Notes: a model not told the origin generated them from the letters alone. A stretch of 64,000 bases of DNA from Rebecca billardiae RCC1528 (GCA_965240325.2 OZ251254.1:1-64000), one strand, 5' to 3'. Shown: positions 1-12,112, counted from the first letter of the stretch. Translations and numbers: made by a program.

Positions 1-84
1 ACCCTACCTGCAACCCCTAACCCCTAACCCTAACCCTAACCCTAACCCTAACCCTAACCCTAACCCTAACCCCTAACCCTAACC

Positions 85-116
<32 letters not shown>

Positions 117-140
117 CTAACCCTAACCCTAACCCTAACC

Positions 141-181
<41 letters not shown>

Positions 182-287
182 CCCTAACCCCTAACCCTAA
201 CCCTAACCCTAACCCTAACCCTAACCCTAACCCTAACCCTAACCCTAACCCCTAACCCTAACCCCTAACCCTAACCCTAACCCTAAC

Positions 288-324
<37 letters not shown>

Positions 325-458
325 CCCTAACCCCTAACCCTAACCCTAACCCTAACCCTTAACCTAACCCTAACCCTAACCCTAACCCTAACCCTAACCC
401 TAACCCTAACCCTAACCTAACCCTAACCCTAACCCTAACCCTAACCCTAACCCTAACC

Positions 459-499
<41 letters not shown>

Positions 500-762
500 C
501 CCTAACCCTAACCCCTAACCCCTAACCCCCCTAACCCTAACCCTAACCCTAACCCTAACCCTAACCCTAACCCTAACCCCTAACCCTAACCCTAACCCTA
601 ACCCTAACCCTAACCCTAACCCTAACCCTAACCCTAACCCCTAACCCTAACCCTAACCCTAACCCTAACCCTAACCCTAACCCTAACCCTAACCCTAACC
701 CTAACCTAACCCTAACCCCTAACCCTAACCCTAACCCTAACCCTAACCCCTAAACCCTAACC

Positions 763-803
<41 letters not shown>

Positions 804-1183
804 CCCTAACCCTAACCCTAACCCTAACCCTAACCCTAACCCTAACCCTAACCCTAACCCTAACCCTAACCCCTAACCCTAACCCTAACCCCTAACCCTA
901 ACCCCTAACCCTAACCCTAACCCTAACCCTAACCCTAACCCTAACCCTAACCCCTAACCCTAACCCTAACCCTAACCCTAACCCTAACCCTAACCCTAAC
1001 CCTAACCCTAACCCTAACCCTAACCCTAACCCTAACCCTAACCCTAACCCTAACCCTAACCCTAACCCTAACCCTAACCCTAACCCTAACCCCTAACCCC
1101 TAACCCTAACCCTAACCCTAACCCTAACCCTAACCCTAACCCTAACCCTAACCCTAACCCTAACCCTAACCCTAACCCTAACC

Positions 1184-1215
<32 letters not shown>

Positions 1216-1268
1216 CTAACCCTAACCCTAACCCTAACCCCTAACCCTAACCCTAACCCTAACCCTAA
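1..1268 (-). repeat. Telomeric array (CCCTAA)n / TTAGGG; chromosome end
   Basis: About 200 tandem CCCTAA units with occasional CCCCTAA, CCCTAAA and CCTAA variants from base 1, C-rich strand on +. Confidence 0.98.
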
Positions 1269-1374
1269 CAATGTACATTCCAAATGTACAATGTACACTT
1301 CCGAATGTACAATGTACATTCCGAATGTACAATGTACATTCCAAATGTACAATGTACATTCCAAATGTACAATG
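1269..1374. repeat. Subtelomeric ~20-bp tandem repeat CAATGTACATTCC(A/G)AATGTA, about 5 copies
   Basis: Directly visible; each unit contains the palindrome AATGTACATT. Confidence 0.9.
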
Positions 1375-1650
1375 TGAGGGTGAGGGTAAGGGTTAGGGCG
1401 CAGGTAAGGGTTAGGGCGCAGGTAAGGGTTAGGGCGCAGGTAAGGGTTAGGGCGCAGGTAAGGGTTAGGGCGCAGGTAAGGGTTAGGGCGCAGGTAAGGG
1501 TTAGGGCGCAGGTAAGGGTTAGGGCGCAGGTAAGGGTTAGGGCGCAGGTAAGGGTTAGGGCGCAGGTAAGGGTTAGGGCGCAGGTAAGGGTTAGGGCGCA
1601 GGTAAGGGTTAGGGCGCAGGTAAGGGTTAGGGTTAGGGTGGTGGTTAGGG
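1375..1650 (+). repeat. Inverted telomere-derived array: 13 x GGTAAGGGTTAGGGCGCA plus flanking TGAGGG/TTAGGG units
   Basis: 18-bp period from about 1385 to 1618; G-rich strand on +, opposite to the terminal array. Confidence 0.92.
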
Positions 1651-1658
1651 TCGCCAGT

Positions 1659-1797
1659 ACTAAAATGAGAATTTCTCGAGATTGACCGAACTGATTTCAA
1701 CGAGACTTGGGCTCTGCCATGGAAATGGGAAGGGCTAAGGGCCCTCCAATTTTGAGAGAATTTGGCTCGGTCAATCTCGAGAAAACATACTTCTAGT
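1659..1797. mobile_element. ~139-bp MITE-like element with terminal inverted repeats
   Basis: TTTCTCGAGATTGACCGA (1672-1689) is the exact reverse complement of TCGGTCAATCTCGAGAAA (1767-1784); imperfect outer extension ACTA(A/G)AA; AT-richer than its flanks; no clear TSD. Confidence 0.7.
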
Positions 1798-3636
1798 GGC
1801 AGCAGAGCCTCGAGGACCAGCTGCCCGAGCTCGAGCGCTTCTTTCGCGAGCGCGACGCGGCAAGCAAGGCGCGGCTCGAGGCGCGCGCGCTCGCCGCGGC
1901 CGAGGCGGAGGGCGACACGGGCGCCGAGGCGCTCGCGCGCCACCTCGAGGCGGAGAAGGCGGCGGACGAGGCGAGGGCGACCGAGCGCAAGCGCGTGGCG
2001 AAGGAGCACTGGCTCAAGACCAAGCAGCTGCCGCCGCGCGCCCCGCCCGCGAAGCCCGCGCTCACCGAGTACGAGGCGCGCCGGATCGCGCAGATGGACG
2101 AGAACCGCGCGATGCTCGAGCAGCTCGGGCTGCTCGGCTGCGCGGCCGCGGCGCTGGGCGACGCGGGCGAGCCGGGCGGCGCGGCGGCGGCGGGCGGGCG
2201 CAAGCGCAAGAGCACGCCGCCCGCGCCGGCCGAGGCGACGCGGCGCAGCGCGCGCGCGCGCGCCAACGTCTCGTACTGCGAGGCGGAGCGCGCGCACCAG
2301 CCCGGGCACGCGGGACGCGCGCGCGCCGGCGCGGACGCGGCGTCGGAGGGCGGCTCGTCCGACAGCGAGTCGCGCGGCAGCGGCGGCAGCAGCAGCGGCA
2401 GCGAGGGCTCGCGCTCGTCGGCAGACAGCACGAGCAGCGACTCGGACGGCTCGACGAGCTCGAGCTCCGACGACGACGACAGCGACGACGAGGGCGGCCG
2501 CGCGCGCGTCGCGCGGCGCAGCGGTGCCGCGGTGCCGCGCGCGCGGGCGGCGGCCGCGCCGCGCGCGCGCCTGCCCGCGCACGGCGCGGCGGCGCGCGGC
2601 GCGGCGCCGCCGGCGGCGCTCGGTGGCACGCGGCAGCTGGTCACTGGGCCGTTGCCGCCGCCGATCGTGCGGCCCACGCCGGAGGCGGACGCGCACATGC
2701 GCTCCGTGCGCCGCGTGGACGACGGCAGCGCGAAGCCCTTCTGCTGCCCGTGGAAGGGCTGCAGCCACCGCGCCGATAGTCTTCCGAAGTTGCGGGTGCG
2801 CGCCGTGCGCGGCGGCGGGCGCGCGCGCGCGCGGCGATGTGCAGCTTCTGACACGTGCGCCCCATGCCGCTTGGCGCGCCCATGCGCGCCCGCGTCCTCC
2901 GTGGCGGCGGCTGGTCCGCTGCGCGCAGAGGCACGTGTTCACGCACACGGGCGAGAAGCCGCACGGGTGCGGCTGGCCCCAGTGTGGTGAGGCCTTCGCG
3001 CATTCTTGGGCTTTGACGGTGCGCGCGCGACCATGCGCACATCCATGCAGCTGCGCGCTCCGCCGCGCCGCTGCTCGCGGCGCTGGCGCGGCGCGCGCGC
3101 TCACTGACTGACGGTGCTGCGCGTCCGCGCGCCCCGCGCGCGCCGCTCCCGCCCTGCGGCGCGGCGCGCAGATGCACGTGCGCACGCACACGGGCGATAG
3201 GCCGTACGTGTGCGAGAAGTGCGGCAAGGGCTTTGTGCAGTCTAGCGATCTGACGGTGCGCGCACGAGCATGCGCACATCCATGCCGCCGCGCGCTCCGC
3301 CGCTCCGCTGCTCGCCGTGCTGGCGCGGCGCGCTCACCGACGGTGCTGCGCGGCCGCGCTCCCTGCGCGCGCCGCTCCCGCCCGCGGCGCGGCGCGCAGA
3401 AGCACGTGCGCACGCACACGGGCGATAGGCCGTACGTGTGCGAGAAGTGCGGCAAGGGCTTTGCGCAATCTAGCGATCTGACGGTGCGCGCTCGACCGCG
3501 CGCACATCCATGCCGCCGTGCGCTCCGCCGCGCCGCTGCTCGCGGCGCCGGCGCGGCACGCGCTCGCTGACGGTGCAGAGCGCGCTGCTCCCACTGCGGC
3601 GCGCAGCGGCACGTGCGCACGCATCAGCGCGAATGA
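1797..3636 (+). pseudogene. C2H2 zinc-finger protein (4 fingers), apparently 5'-truncated; exons 1797-2795, 2929-3018, 3172-3255, 3400-3483, 3607-3636
   Basis: Spliced product KPFCCPWKGC..LR/RHVFTHTGEKPHGCGWPQC..LT/MHVRTHTGDRPYVCEKCGKGF..LT/KHVRTHTGDRPY..LT/RHVRTHQRE*; GT-AG introns. The frame is open back to the TAG at the MITE edge and the first ATG is at 2094. Confidence 0.8.
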
Positions 3637-4199
3637 ACAGTCGAAGATCGACATCTTGCCGAACGTGCGTGTGGGGGGGGTGCAGAGGCTGCATCATATG
3701 CATCGTCCGCCTGATGCGCCGGCCGAAGCCAGTCGAGTCGTGGCTCGTGCAGCATCGTCATCATCGTCGTCGTCCGATGACTTAAATCTTAATGCTACGT
3801 GTAGTAACTTAGGCTTAATACTCCCAGTAGTAACCGCTACGTGAGTTGCAGCCGCCGCTGCACGCCGGCGGCAGCTTCATGAATCACGACCACCTTTAAC
3901 AGACGTTGATAGCCGCTGGTGCGGACAGCGCGCTGCAGACTCGGCACTCACTGATGCAGACGACGCCGCCTTGCGCACGTGCCAGCCCTGAGGACTTCTT
4001 AAATGAACTGCTCAGATTGATGGTTAGCTGGCCTCGCAGCCGCAGCGTCATAAGACAGCTGGCGGTCGTCACATTCGTCAAGGTAGCTGCTGCCGCCACG
4101 GTGGCCCGAGTGCTGCGGACGCTGGGGCGGGTGGCGGGTGCAGCCTGCGTTGACAACTGCGCAGGGCACGCATCAAGCGCGCGCCCCTACTGTCTACAC

Positions 4200-7100
4200 G
4201 CCGCCGCAAGGCGCGCCCACTCCTTCGACGTGAGGCGCGCGCTCGACCAGCCGCACCGCAGTGGGACGGCCGTGCGCAGATGAGCTGGCGCTCGCGCGCG
4301 ATGAGGAGCGCCCTGATGCTTGCCGCTCACTACGCGCACCAGGCGCAGGTTGGATGAAGGGCAGGATGGGGGGCCGGGGCGGGGGCAGGTTCGACGAGGA
4401 CGTCGTGCGCCCGCCGCGCTTTAAATATTGGTCGCGGTGCGCTCGGGCGAGATGACGAGCTATGGCTGGATCCGCCTCGAAAGAGGCGTTCCGACCGACC
4501 GAGCCGAGTCCTCCGACGGCCAGCCACGCCGCGAGTCAGAGTGCCCTCCGCATCGCCGCGTAGTGAAGCCTCACACGCACCGCCGAGCAGTCGCACCCCG
4601 CAACCACCGCTGGACGAGCCGACCGCGCGAGCGCTGCGAACCATAAGCGTGCCAAAGCGAGTCGAGGCGCCGGATGGATCGGCCTCTAAGGACGCGTTCC
4701 GACCGACCGAGCCGAGCGACCCCCTCGACGGTCAGCCACGCCCCCAGTCAGAGCGGCCGCAGCATCGGGCGCCGTCAGCTGCCGGCGTCTGGGGTACGTG
4801 GTGAGGCCTCCGTACACGGCCGCGCCGCGCCGGGTTAGAGCAGCTGCAGTCAGCAGCTGCTGCTCACCAGGGTCGGGTACGACGAGATGGGAGATGGGGG
4901 GGCGGGGCGGGGGCATCGTCGACCGGCGCGAGGCGCTGGGACGGCTGCGGCGCTCCACGCCCGCAGCTCCCGCCTCTCCGGCGCGGCCCAGCCAGCAGCA
5001 GCAGCACCCGGCAGGCGCCGCCGCGCGCGCCGCGCGGTCTGCTCGGGCGCGGAGCGGCAGCCTCGGCGCCGCGGGAGCGTGCGCGGCGGGGCTCACACGC
5101 ACGTCCCACAGCGCAAGAGCCGCGCAATCGGCAGCCGTGACGCGCCGCTCGGCGCGGCTGCGCTCCCGCCCTGACTGGACCACCCTTGCTGCACGCTGGG
5201 ATGCCCTCGCTGGCGTGGCCCGTTCACCAACCGACTCGGCCGTCCAAGTGGTCAGATCGCCCGCACACAATCATGCCGTGCTGCGCCACGCTTGGCGCCA
5301 CAGCACCGAGCCAGCCAGAAAGGCAGAAGCCATCGGCGTCAGTCTTGTCGCACAGCGTGGGGAGAGGCCATGCTGAATTCGCGCGCCGCCGCGACCCAGT
5401 CTGCAGCCAAGCCGTTACACGGCACCCTCCGCCTCCACCCTCCGCCGGAGGCAGAGGGTGCCGTGTAACGGCTTGGCTGCAGACTGCGCCGCGACCAACG
5501 GTCACGTCGCGCGAAAAAGGTAACCAACCGCGATATTCCAGGCGGCGAGAAATCCGCGGCATCAAAGATCAGTATCAGCATGGCCACACTTCATCCGCGC
5601 CGTCCGCCGGAGGGCGGCTGTCGTGCGCGTCGCGTGCGCACGCACGGCAGCCCAGTGGTGCTCGAGAGGACCCACGCGCCGTCGAAGCGTGCGCCCAGAG
5701 CGCCTCGGCCAGCTCGCCACGTCCCACGCGCGGCCATCGCGGCGGCGCGAGCGCACCGCCAGCCCCTTGCTCGCGGCCGCTCGGCCGCGCAAACGCTGCC
5801 GGCCGCGCGCGGCCGCGCGCGAGCGCACGGCCGAGCGGCCGAGCGTGCTTGCTGGGGGGATGCACTCGCGTCTCCGCCACTCGCACGCACGACGCCGCGC
5901 AGTGCGTGGTGCCCGCCAGCCACGCGTGAACACCTGCCAAGTCTGCGTGCAGAGCTCGGCCGCGGCGCGCGCGTGGCTGTTGAAAATGAAGGCTGCGCGA
6001 CTCCTGCTCGCCACCGCCGACTCGCGGTGATCATGCGCGCCGGAGTGTGCGCTCGTCTCGACCGCCACGCACCACGGCAAGGGACGGCCGCTCCCTCGAA
6101 GCGAGGCGCGTGCGCGAGCGGCGGCACCCAGCGGGCGTGCGCAGCACGGCCGTGATGGCGCGCACGGGTGGAGGATGGGGGCGCGGGGGCGGGGGCGGGC
6201 TGGGCCGGTGCGTTGCGCCAGCCACGACCGCTGCTCGCCGCCGCGATGATCGCGCTCGACAGTGCTTCGGCAGTGCTCGTATCGGCCGCCGCGGCAAGGC
6301 GCGCCCGATCCTTCGACGCGAGGCGCGCGCGCACCCAGCCGCACCGCAGTGGGACGGCCGTGCACAGATGAGCTGGCGCTCACGCGCAATGAGGAGCGCC
6401 CTGATGCTTGCCGCTCACTACGCGGCCCACCAGGCGCAGGCTTGACGGAGGGTAAGATGGGGGGCCGGGGCGGGGGCAGCATCGACCGGTGCGAGGCGCT
6501 GGGCCGGCTGCGGCGCTCCACATCCGCAGCGCCCGGCCGCGCGGCCCGCCTCTCCGGCGCGGCCCAGCCAGCAGCGCTCGGCGGTAGCTGCCACAGTAGC
6601 AGCACCCGGCAGGCGCCGCCGCGCGCGCCGCGCGATCTGCTCGGGCGCGGAGCGGCAGCCTCGGCGCCGCAGGAGCGTGCGCGGCGGGGCTCACACACAC
6701 GTCCCACAGCGCAAGAGCCGCGCAATCGGCAGCCGTGACGCGCCGCTCGGCGCGGCCGCGCTCCCGCCCTGACTGGGCCGCCCTTGCTGCACGCGGGGAT
6801 GCCCTCGCGGGCGTGGCCCGTTCACCCACCGATTCGGCCGTCCAAGTCGCCCGATTGCCCGCACACAACCATGCCGCGCTGCGCCACGCTTGGCGCAACA
6901 GCACCGAGCCAGCCAGAAAGGCAGAAGCCAGCGGCAGTTGCCGACTGGTCAGCAGGACATTACTTGCAGGCAGCAGCGACTGAGACTCGAAATGGCGGCG
7001 GCGGGCGCGGGCGCGGGTGACGGCTGCCGACGAGACGACGCTCACGATGCATCGACGGCTCGCCTGTGGACGCCCAGCATCGCGGATCCCCCGCCCGAAC

Positions 7101-8050
7101 CGCCGGGCGCAGCTGTTGGAGAGCCCACAGCGGGCTAGCCGGAGGCAGGTCGGACGACGAGTGGGGCGGGGGCGGAGGCCGCCTTGGGCCGGTGCGAGGC
7201 GCAGGGGCGGATACGGCGCTCCACGTGCGTACCTCCAGGCGCACGACCGCCCCGTGCGACGCGGGCTCGCGCCCATCGCGGGATGCAGACTCGTCCCCGC
7301 GTGGGGAGAGGCCATGCTGAATTCGCGCGCTGCCGCACCAACGGTCGTCGGTGGCGTCGCGAAAAAAGTGACCAACCGATATATTCCAGGCGACGAGAAA
7401 TCCGGCCTCAAAGACCAGCATGGCCGCACTCCATCCCCGCCGTCCGCCAAAGGCGGCTGTCGTGCGCGTCGCGTGCGCGCGCACGCCGGCGCAGTGGTGC
7501 GCGAGGGGATCCACGCGCCGTCGAAGCACGCGCCCAGAGCGCCGCTCACCACGTCCCACGCGCTGCCATCGCGACAGTGCGCGGCGGCGCGAGCGCACCG
7601 CCAGCCCCTCGCTCGGCCGCGCTGCCACGCACACGCTGCCGGCAGTGCGCGCGGCCGCGCGAGTGCACTGCCGAGCGGTGGCGCGCGCGTGCTGGGCGGG
7701 TGCATTCGCGTCTCCACCCATCGCACGGCGCCGTGCAGTGCTCAGTGCCAGTCGGCAGCACGTGAACGGCTGCCAAGTCTGCGCGCAGAGCTCGGTCGCG
7801 GCCGTTCAACATGTAGACTGCGCCACTGCTGCTCGCCACTGCCGACCCGCGCTGACCGCGCTCGAGTGTGCTCGTCTCGACCACCGCGCGCACGCGCCCC
7901 TGCACGGGGCGGCCGCGCCTTCGACGTGAGGCGCGTGCGCGACCAGCTGCATGCAGCAGCTGCGCGAGCGTGCGCAGCGCGGCCGTGGTGGCGCGCGCTG
8001 GAGGCAGCTCGGACGAGGTGGAGGATGGGGGCGCGGGGCGGGGGCGGCTG
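4200..8050. repeat. Diverged ~2-kb tandem segmental duplication (about 4200-6285 vs 6286-8050) with copy-specific insertions
   Basis: Collinear shared blocks 4205-4388~6293-6478, 4892-5330~6456-6930, 5358-5385~7300-7328, 5510-5965~7360-7795; also 6980-7075~8612-8710. Confidence 0.85.
5397..5486. mobile_element. 90-bp hairpin MITE with 10-bp TSD (Mutator-like)
   Basis: ~39-bp arms starting CAGTCTGCAGCCAAGCCGTTACACGGCACCCTC, one mismatch; flanked by CGCCGCGACC at 5387-5396 and 5487-5496; absent from the paralogous site near 7330. Confidence 0.88.
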
Positions 8051-9273
8051 AGCTGGTGCGCGGCGCCAGTCACGTCCGCGGCGCGCTCCCGCCACGCGCC
8101 GCCGAGCAGCACGCGCTGCGGTCGCTCGGCTGGCTCCCACCGCCCCACACGCTGCCGTCGCGCCCGCGCGGGCGCGCGGACGACAGCCCGCGACGGCAGC
8201 GCGCTTCCCAGGCCCAGCATCGGTACGGCCGCAACAGCCCGAGCCTGGGGCACGGGCAGCCCGTGCGGGCCCGTGCGGGCATAGTCGCGGGATGCCACGC
8301 CTCGACCTCGGCCGCGGCGCCGTGTGCTTCGCCGAGGTCAGGCGAGCCCAGCCGAGCCGCACTGGACGCGGGCGCGCCTGGCATCGCGCGCTCGGCGCTG
8401 CCGGCTCCGGACGCACTAGCCTCGGTGCTGCAGCCGCAGCCCGAGGCTGGCTCGCGGTCGTCGCGTGCGCCCTCGTGCGGGCAGCCCGTTGGGCTCCACG
8501 CCTCGCGCTCGGCTTGAACGCCGCGTGCTGCGCCGCGGTTCATCGCACCTCGCCAGCCAGGCCAGCAGCTGCCGCATGGTGTGAGCACTCGGCACAGGCC
8601 GCGCACGGCAACCGAGACTACAAATGGCGGCGGCGGGCGCGGGCGCGGGCGATGGCTGCTTGACTTGACGACGCGCAAGACGCCGCCAAGGCTCGCCAGC
8701 AGGCGCCCGTCGTCGCTCGTCCGCTGCCCAACCCGCCATCCCCCGAGGCCGTCCGACTGCACGCTGAGAACGGCCGGGCTGCCGGCCGGACACCGGCGCT
8801 GAGTCTCACGCTGACGCGGTGGCACAGGGGCTGGCCGTGTGACGTATGCCTCCAAGACGCATGCCTTCGCGTCTGGCACCGGAGGGCGCGCACGCGCCGA
8901 GCCCTGCGTGCTCGCAGTCGGCGCGCGCCGGCGGCGGGCATGAAGCCGTTACACTCAGCGGGCCGCGCGCTTGGCTGCGGCACTCTTTGACGCGACGCTG
9001 CTGCGCGGCGATGGCACTCGCTGTCTCGAGCAGCGGTGCCGCGCGCGACTCGCCGGCTGTGCGAGCACGCGCTCGCGCCGCACGTCGCCGCGCCGCCTTG
9101 AGCGTGCCGTGAGCGCCAACGACACAAAGCACGTGCCAACCGCCCCCTTGGCAGTCATGCTGGCTGCTCCGCGGAAAGAAGGCCCAGGCGACCACACGGA
9201 TTCGTCTCGCGTGAGCCGTGCCATCGTGCGCGGTCGGTTACTCGCTCGCGCGAACACACACAGGCGGCGGCGA

Positions 9274-10164
9274 ATGGCCGACGACTCGGAGGAGGAGGAG
9301 CCCGACGGCGCGGGGGAGGAGGGCGAGGAGGGCGAGGAGGGCGAGGGCCCGCTCGAGCTGACGCGGGAGCACGTCGCCGCCGGCCTCTCCGGCGTCGCGC
9401 CCGTCGGCGCCACCGTCGCGTACACGCGGCTCGGGCTCGGCGCGCTCGGGCTGACCGGGCTGGGCGCGCTGCCGGCGTGCGGCGCGCACGTGCGCGTGCT
9501 CGACCTGTCGGCGAACCGGCTCGAGGCGATCGACGTGCTGGGCGAGCTGCCCGCGCTCCTCTCGCTCGACGTCTCGGACAACCGCCTCGCCTCGCTCGAC
9601 GGCGCCACCTCGCGGCTGCGCCACCTGCAGGTGCTGCGCGCCGCGTCCAACCGGCTGGCGGCGCCGCCCGCCGCGCCGCCCGAGGGCGTGCCCAGCGTGC
9701 TCTTCGAGCTGGACCTGTCGTCCAACCCGCTCGCCACCGCCGACGGCCTCGAGCGCTTCGTCGCGCTGCGCACCCTCGCGCTCAAGGGCGCGGGGCTGGG
9801 CGCGCTCGGCGCGCTCGGCGGCCTGCGCGCGCTGGCGACGCTCGAGCTGTCGGAGAACGGGCTGGAGGAGGTGGCGGCGCTGCGCCCGCTGGGCGGGCTG
9901 CCCGCGCTGCGCGAGCTCCGGCTCGAGGGCAACCCCGTCCTCGACGCCGACGAGTTCAAGAACGAGCTGCTGCTGCTCTGCCCCGCGCTGCGCGAGCTCG
10001 ACGGCGAGGAGGTGGCGTGGGAGGAGAAGGAGGCGGCGCTCGAGTTCGAGGCGGAGCGCAAGGCGGCGGCGGCGGAGGCGGAGGCCGAGGCGCGCGCCGC
10101 CGCCGAGGCGGAGGCCGCCGCCGCCGCCGGGGGCGGCGAGGAGGCCGAGGGCGGCGAGGAGTAG
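9274..10164 (+). CDS. LRRC23: Leucine-rich repeat protein, LRRC23-like (flagellar radial-spoke associated)
   Basis: Acidic N-terminus, LTREHVAAGLS...AYTRL, SDS22-like LRRs (LDLSANRL, LDVSDNRL), LRR cap LEGNPV...LRELDG, acidic tail; intronless. Confidence 0.75.
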   Translation: MADDSEEEEPDGAGEEGEEGEEGEGPLELTREHVAAGLSGVAPVGATVAYTRLGLGALGLTGLGALPACGAHVRVLDLSANRLEAIDVLGELPALLSLDVSDNRLASLDGATSRLRHLQVLRAASNRLAAPPAAPPEGVPSVLFELDLSSNPLATADGLERFVALRTLALKGAGLGALGALGGLRALATLELSENGLEEVAALRPLGGLPALRELRLEGNPVLDADEFKNELLLLCPALRELDGEEVAWEEKEAALEFEAERKAAAAEAEAEARAAAEAEAAAAAGGGEEAEGGEE

Positions 10165-10307
10165 GCCAGCGCGAGATCTACGCCTCTGCAGTAGCGCGCC
10201 GCGATTTTTTTATTGCTGGCGAATAAATCGATCTGCAGCGGCGCAATAAAAATACAGCAGCGCGCACGCGATGCTCATCGGTCGCGTGGCTCGCGGCAAT
10301 CGGCACG

Positions 10308-11440
10308 ATGGCGACGCGCCTGCAGCCCGTCCCGGCCGCCGCGCGCGTGGCGGCGCCGACGTCGCGCATGTGGGGCGGCGTGGTGCGCGGCGGCGAGTCG
10401 CTCGCGCTGCCCTGCGACGCCGACGGCCACATCGTCCTCACCGGCGCCACCCTCGCCGCCAGCCCCGCCGCCGGCACGCGCGTCTCCGTGTGGCTCGAGC
10501 CGCCGCCGCCGCCGGCCGGCGGCCGCAAGCGGCCGCGCGCGCTCGCGCTGTGCACGCTGGTCGGCGGCGCGTGCGCGTCGGCCAAGATGGACGTGACGCT
10601 GCGCGGCCCCGCCGCCGTGCGCGCGACCGGCGCCGGCGCCGTCGCGCTGCACGGCGTCCACTTTGGCGGCGGCGGCGGCGGCGGCGCGGCGGCGGCGGCG
10701 GCAGCCCCGCCCGCGGCGGCGGCGGAGCCCGCGCGCGCGCGCGCGCCGAAGCGCGCGCGCGGCGCGGCGGCGGCCGCGGCGGCGGCCCCCGCCGCCGCCG
10801 CGCCGCCCACGCCGCCCGCCGGCGCCGCCGCCTACCTGCCGTGCGCCCGCTGGTCCGGCGCCAAGTCCGGGTACGTCTTCAAGCGCGGCCTGTCCGGCGT
10901 CGGCTACTACCGCGACACGGCGCCGCGCGTCGCGCCGGCGGCGGCGGCGCGGGGTGCGGCGGCGGGGGCGAAGGGGAAGGGGGAGGTGGCGGCGAAGGGT
11001 GGGGCCGGCGGCGGGGGGCGCGTGCTCAAGGGCGGCGTGCGCGCCGTCGAGCTCGCGCCGGGCTCGGGCGCGGAGGCGCGGCGCGGCCGCACGGTGTGCG
11101 CGCGCGCGACCTCGCGCGCGCCGCGCCGCCGCGCGGCTCGCGCGCGCGCGCTGACCCGACCGCCGCGGCGCGCGCGGCGCAGGTGACGGTCAAGTACGTG
11201 GGCCGGCTGAGCCGCGCGGGCCCGCGCGCGCCGCCCTTCGACCAGGGCACCATCGCCTTCCGCCTCGGCGGCGGCGAGGTCATCCCCGGCTGGGACGTCG
11301 GCCTGGAGGGACTGCGCGCGCGCGGCCGGCGCCGCCTCGAGATCCCGAGCGCGATGGCGTACGGCAAGCGCGGCGCGCCGCCAGCCATCCCGCCCAACGC
11401 CGAGCTCACGTTCGAGGTCGAGCTGCTGCGCGTCGCGTGA
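10308..11440 (+). CDS. FKBP-type peptidyl-prolyl isomerase with an N-terminal nucleoplasmin-like domain; exons 10308-11093, 11183-11440
   Basis: VTVKYVGRL..PFD..FRLGGGEVIPGWDVGL..RRRLEIPSAMAYG..IPPNAELTFEVELL; the N-terminal MWGGVV..LCTL..VALHGVH resembles an NPL domain. Confidence 0.88.
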
Positions 11441-12112
11441 GGCCAGCCAGCGAGGGGCCGGGCCGGCGCCGGTGGCCGCGCCCGCGGCGCGGCCGCGCAG
11501 GCCGGGCGGGCGGCGCAGGCCGGGCGTCAGGCGCAGCATCTCGCAAGAGCTCATTAGCTCGCGGCGTCGGTCCCGGAACCCTAACTAAAGATAGGGCTAG
11601 GCACTGCCACTGAGCCGCCAGCTGCCCAGCCGGAGTCATCCGCCGCCGTTCCGCGTGCCGGTCGGACCCGCGTCGATCCGATCGGCGCGGATCATCGCAG
11701 CCGCCGCGCCCCGCACCGGGGCGGCGGGGCGGGGCGGGTCCGCGACAGACATGAGACAGACCGCGTGGGCCGTTACGGACGCGACGTTATGTCGTGACGT
11801 TATCGCGGATCGGACCGTCATGACTCTGTGTGTGTGCAGTGGTATCTAGTGACCGCCAGCCGACCACCCGGGTACATGTCTCAGGCAGCGACTGGTGATG
11901 CCCGGACAGACTCGGATAGTCAGTCTCGGCGCGCGGCCGCCAGCGCCGCGCGCGCCAGCGAGGGACCGAGTGGCCGTCGGACTGACGAGGGGCCACGCGC
12001 TCGGGCCGCGCGCGGGCGGCGCGCCGCCGCCGCGGTCAGACACGCGCTCGGGCGTGTGTCGGGGAGAGGGGAGCGAGAGCGCGCAGAGCGGCCGGGCCCG
12101 CGGCCGCCGCGC

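Noticed and set aside
1209-3620. 803-aa and 133-aa ORFs with RPNPYL / VRVRAQ repeats
   Set aside because: They are translations of telomere-derived repeats and the antisense of the zinc-finger gene, not credible proteins
4290-4345. ALMLAAHY, an ankyrin-like fragment in the duplicated block (also near 6400)
   Set aside because: A single short match with no continuous repeat frame; insufficient support
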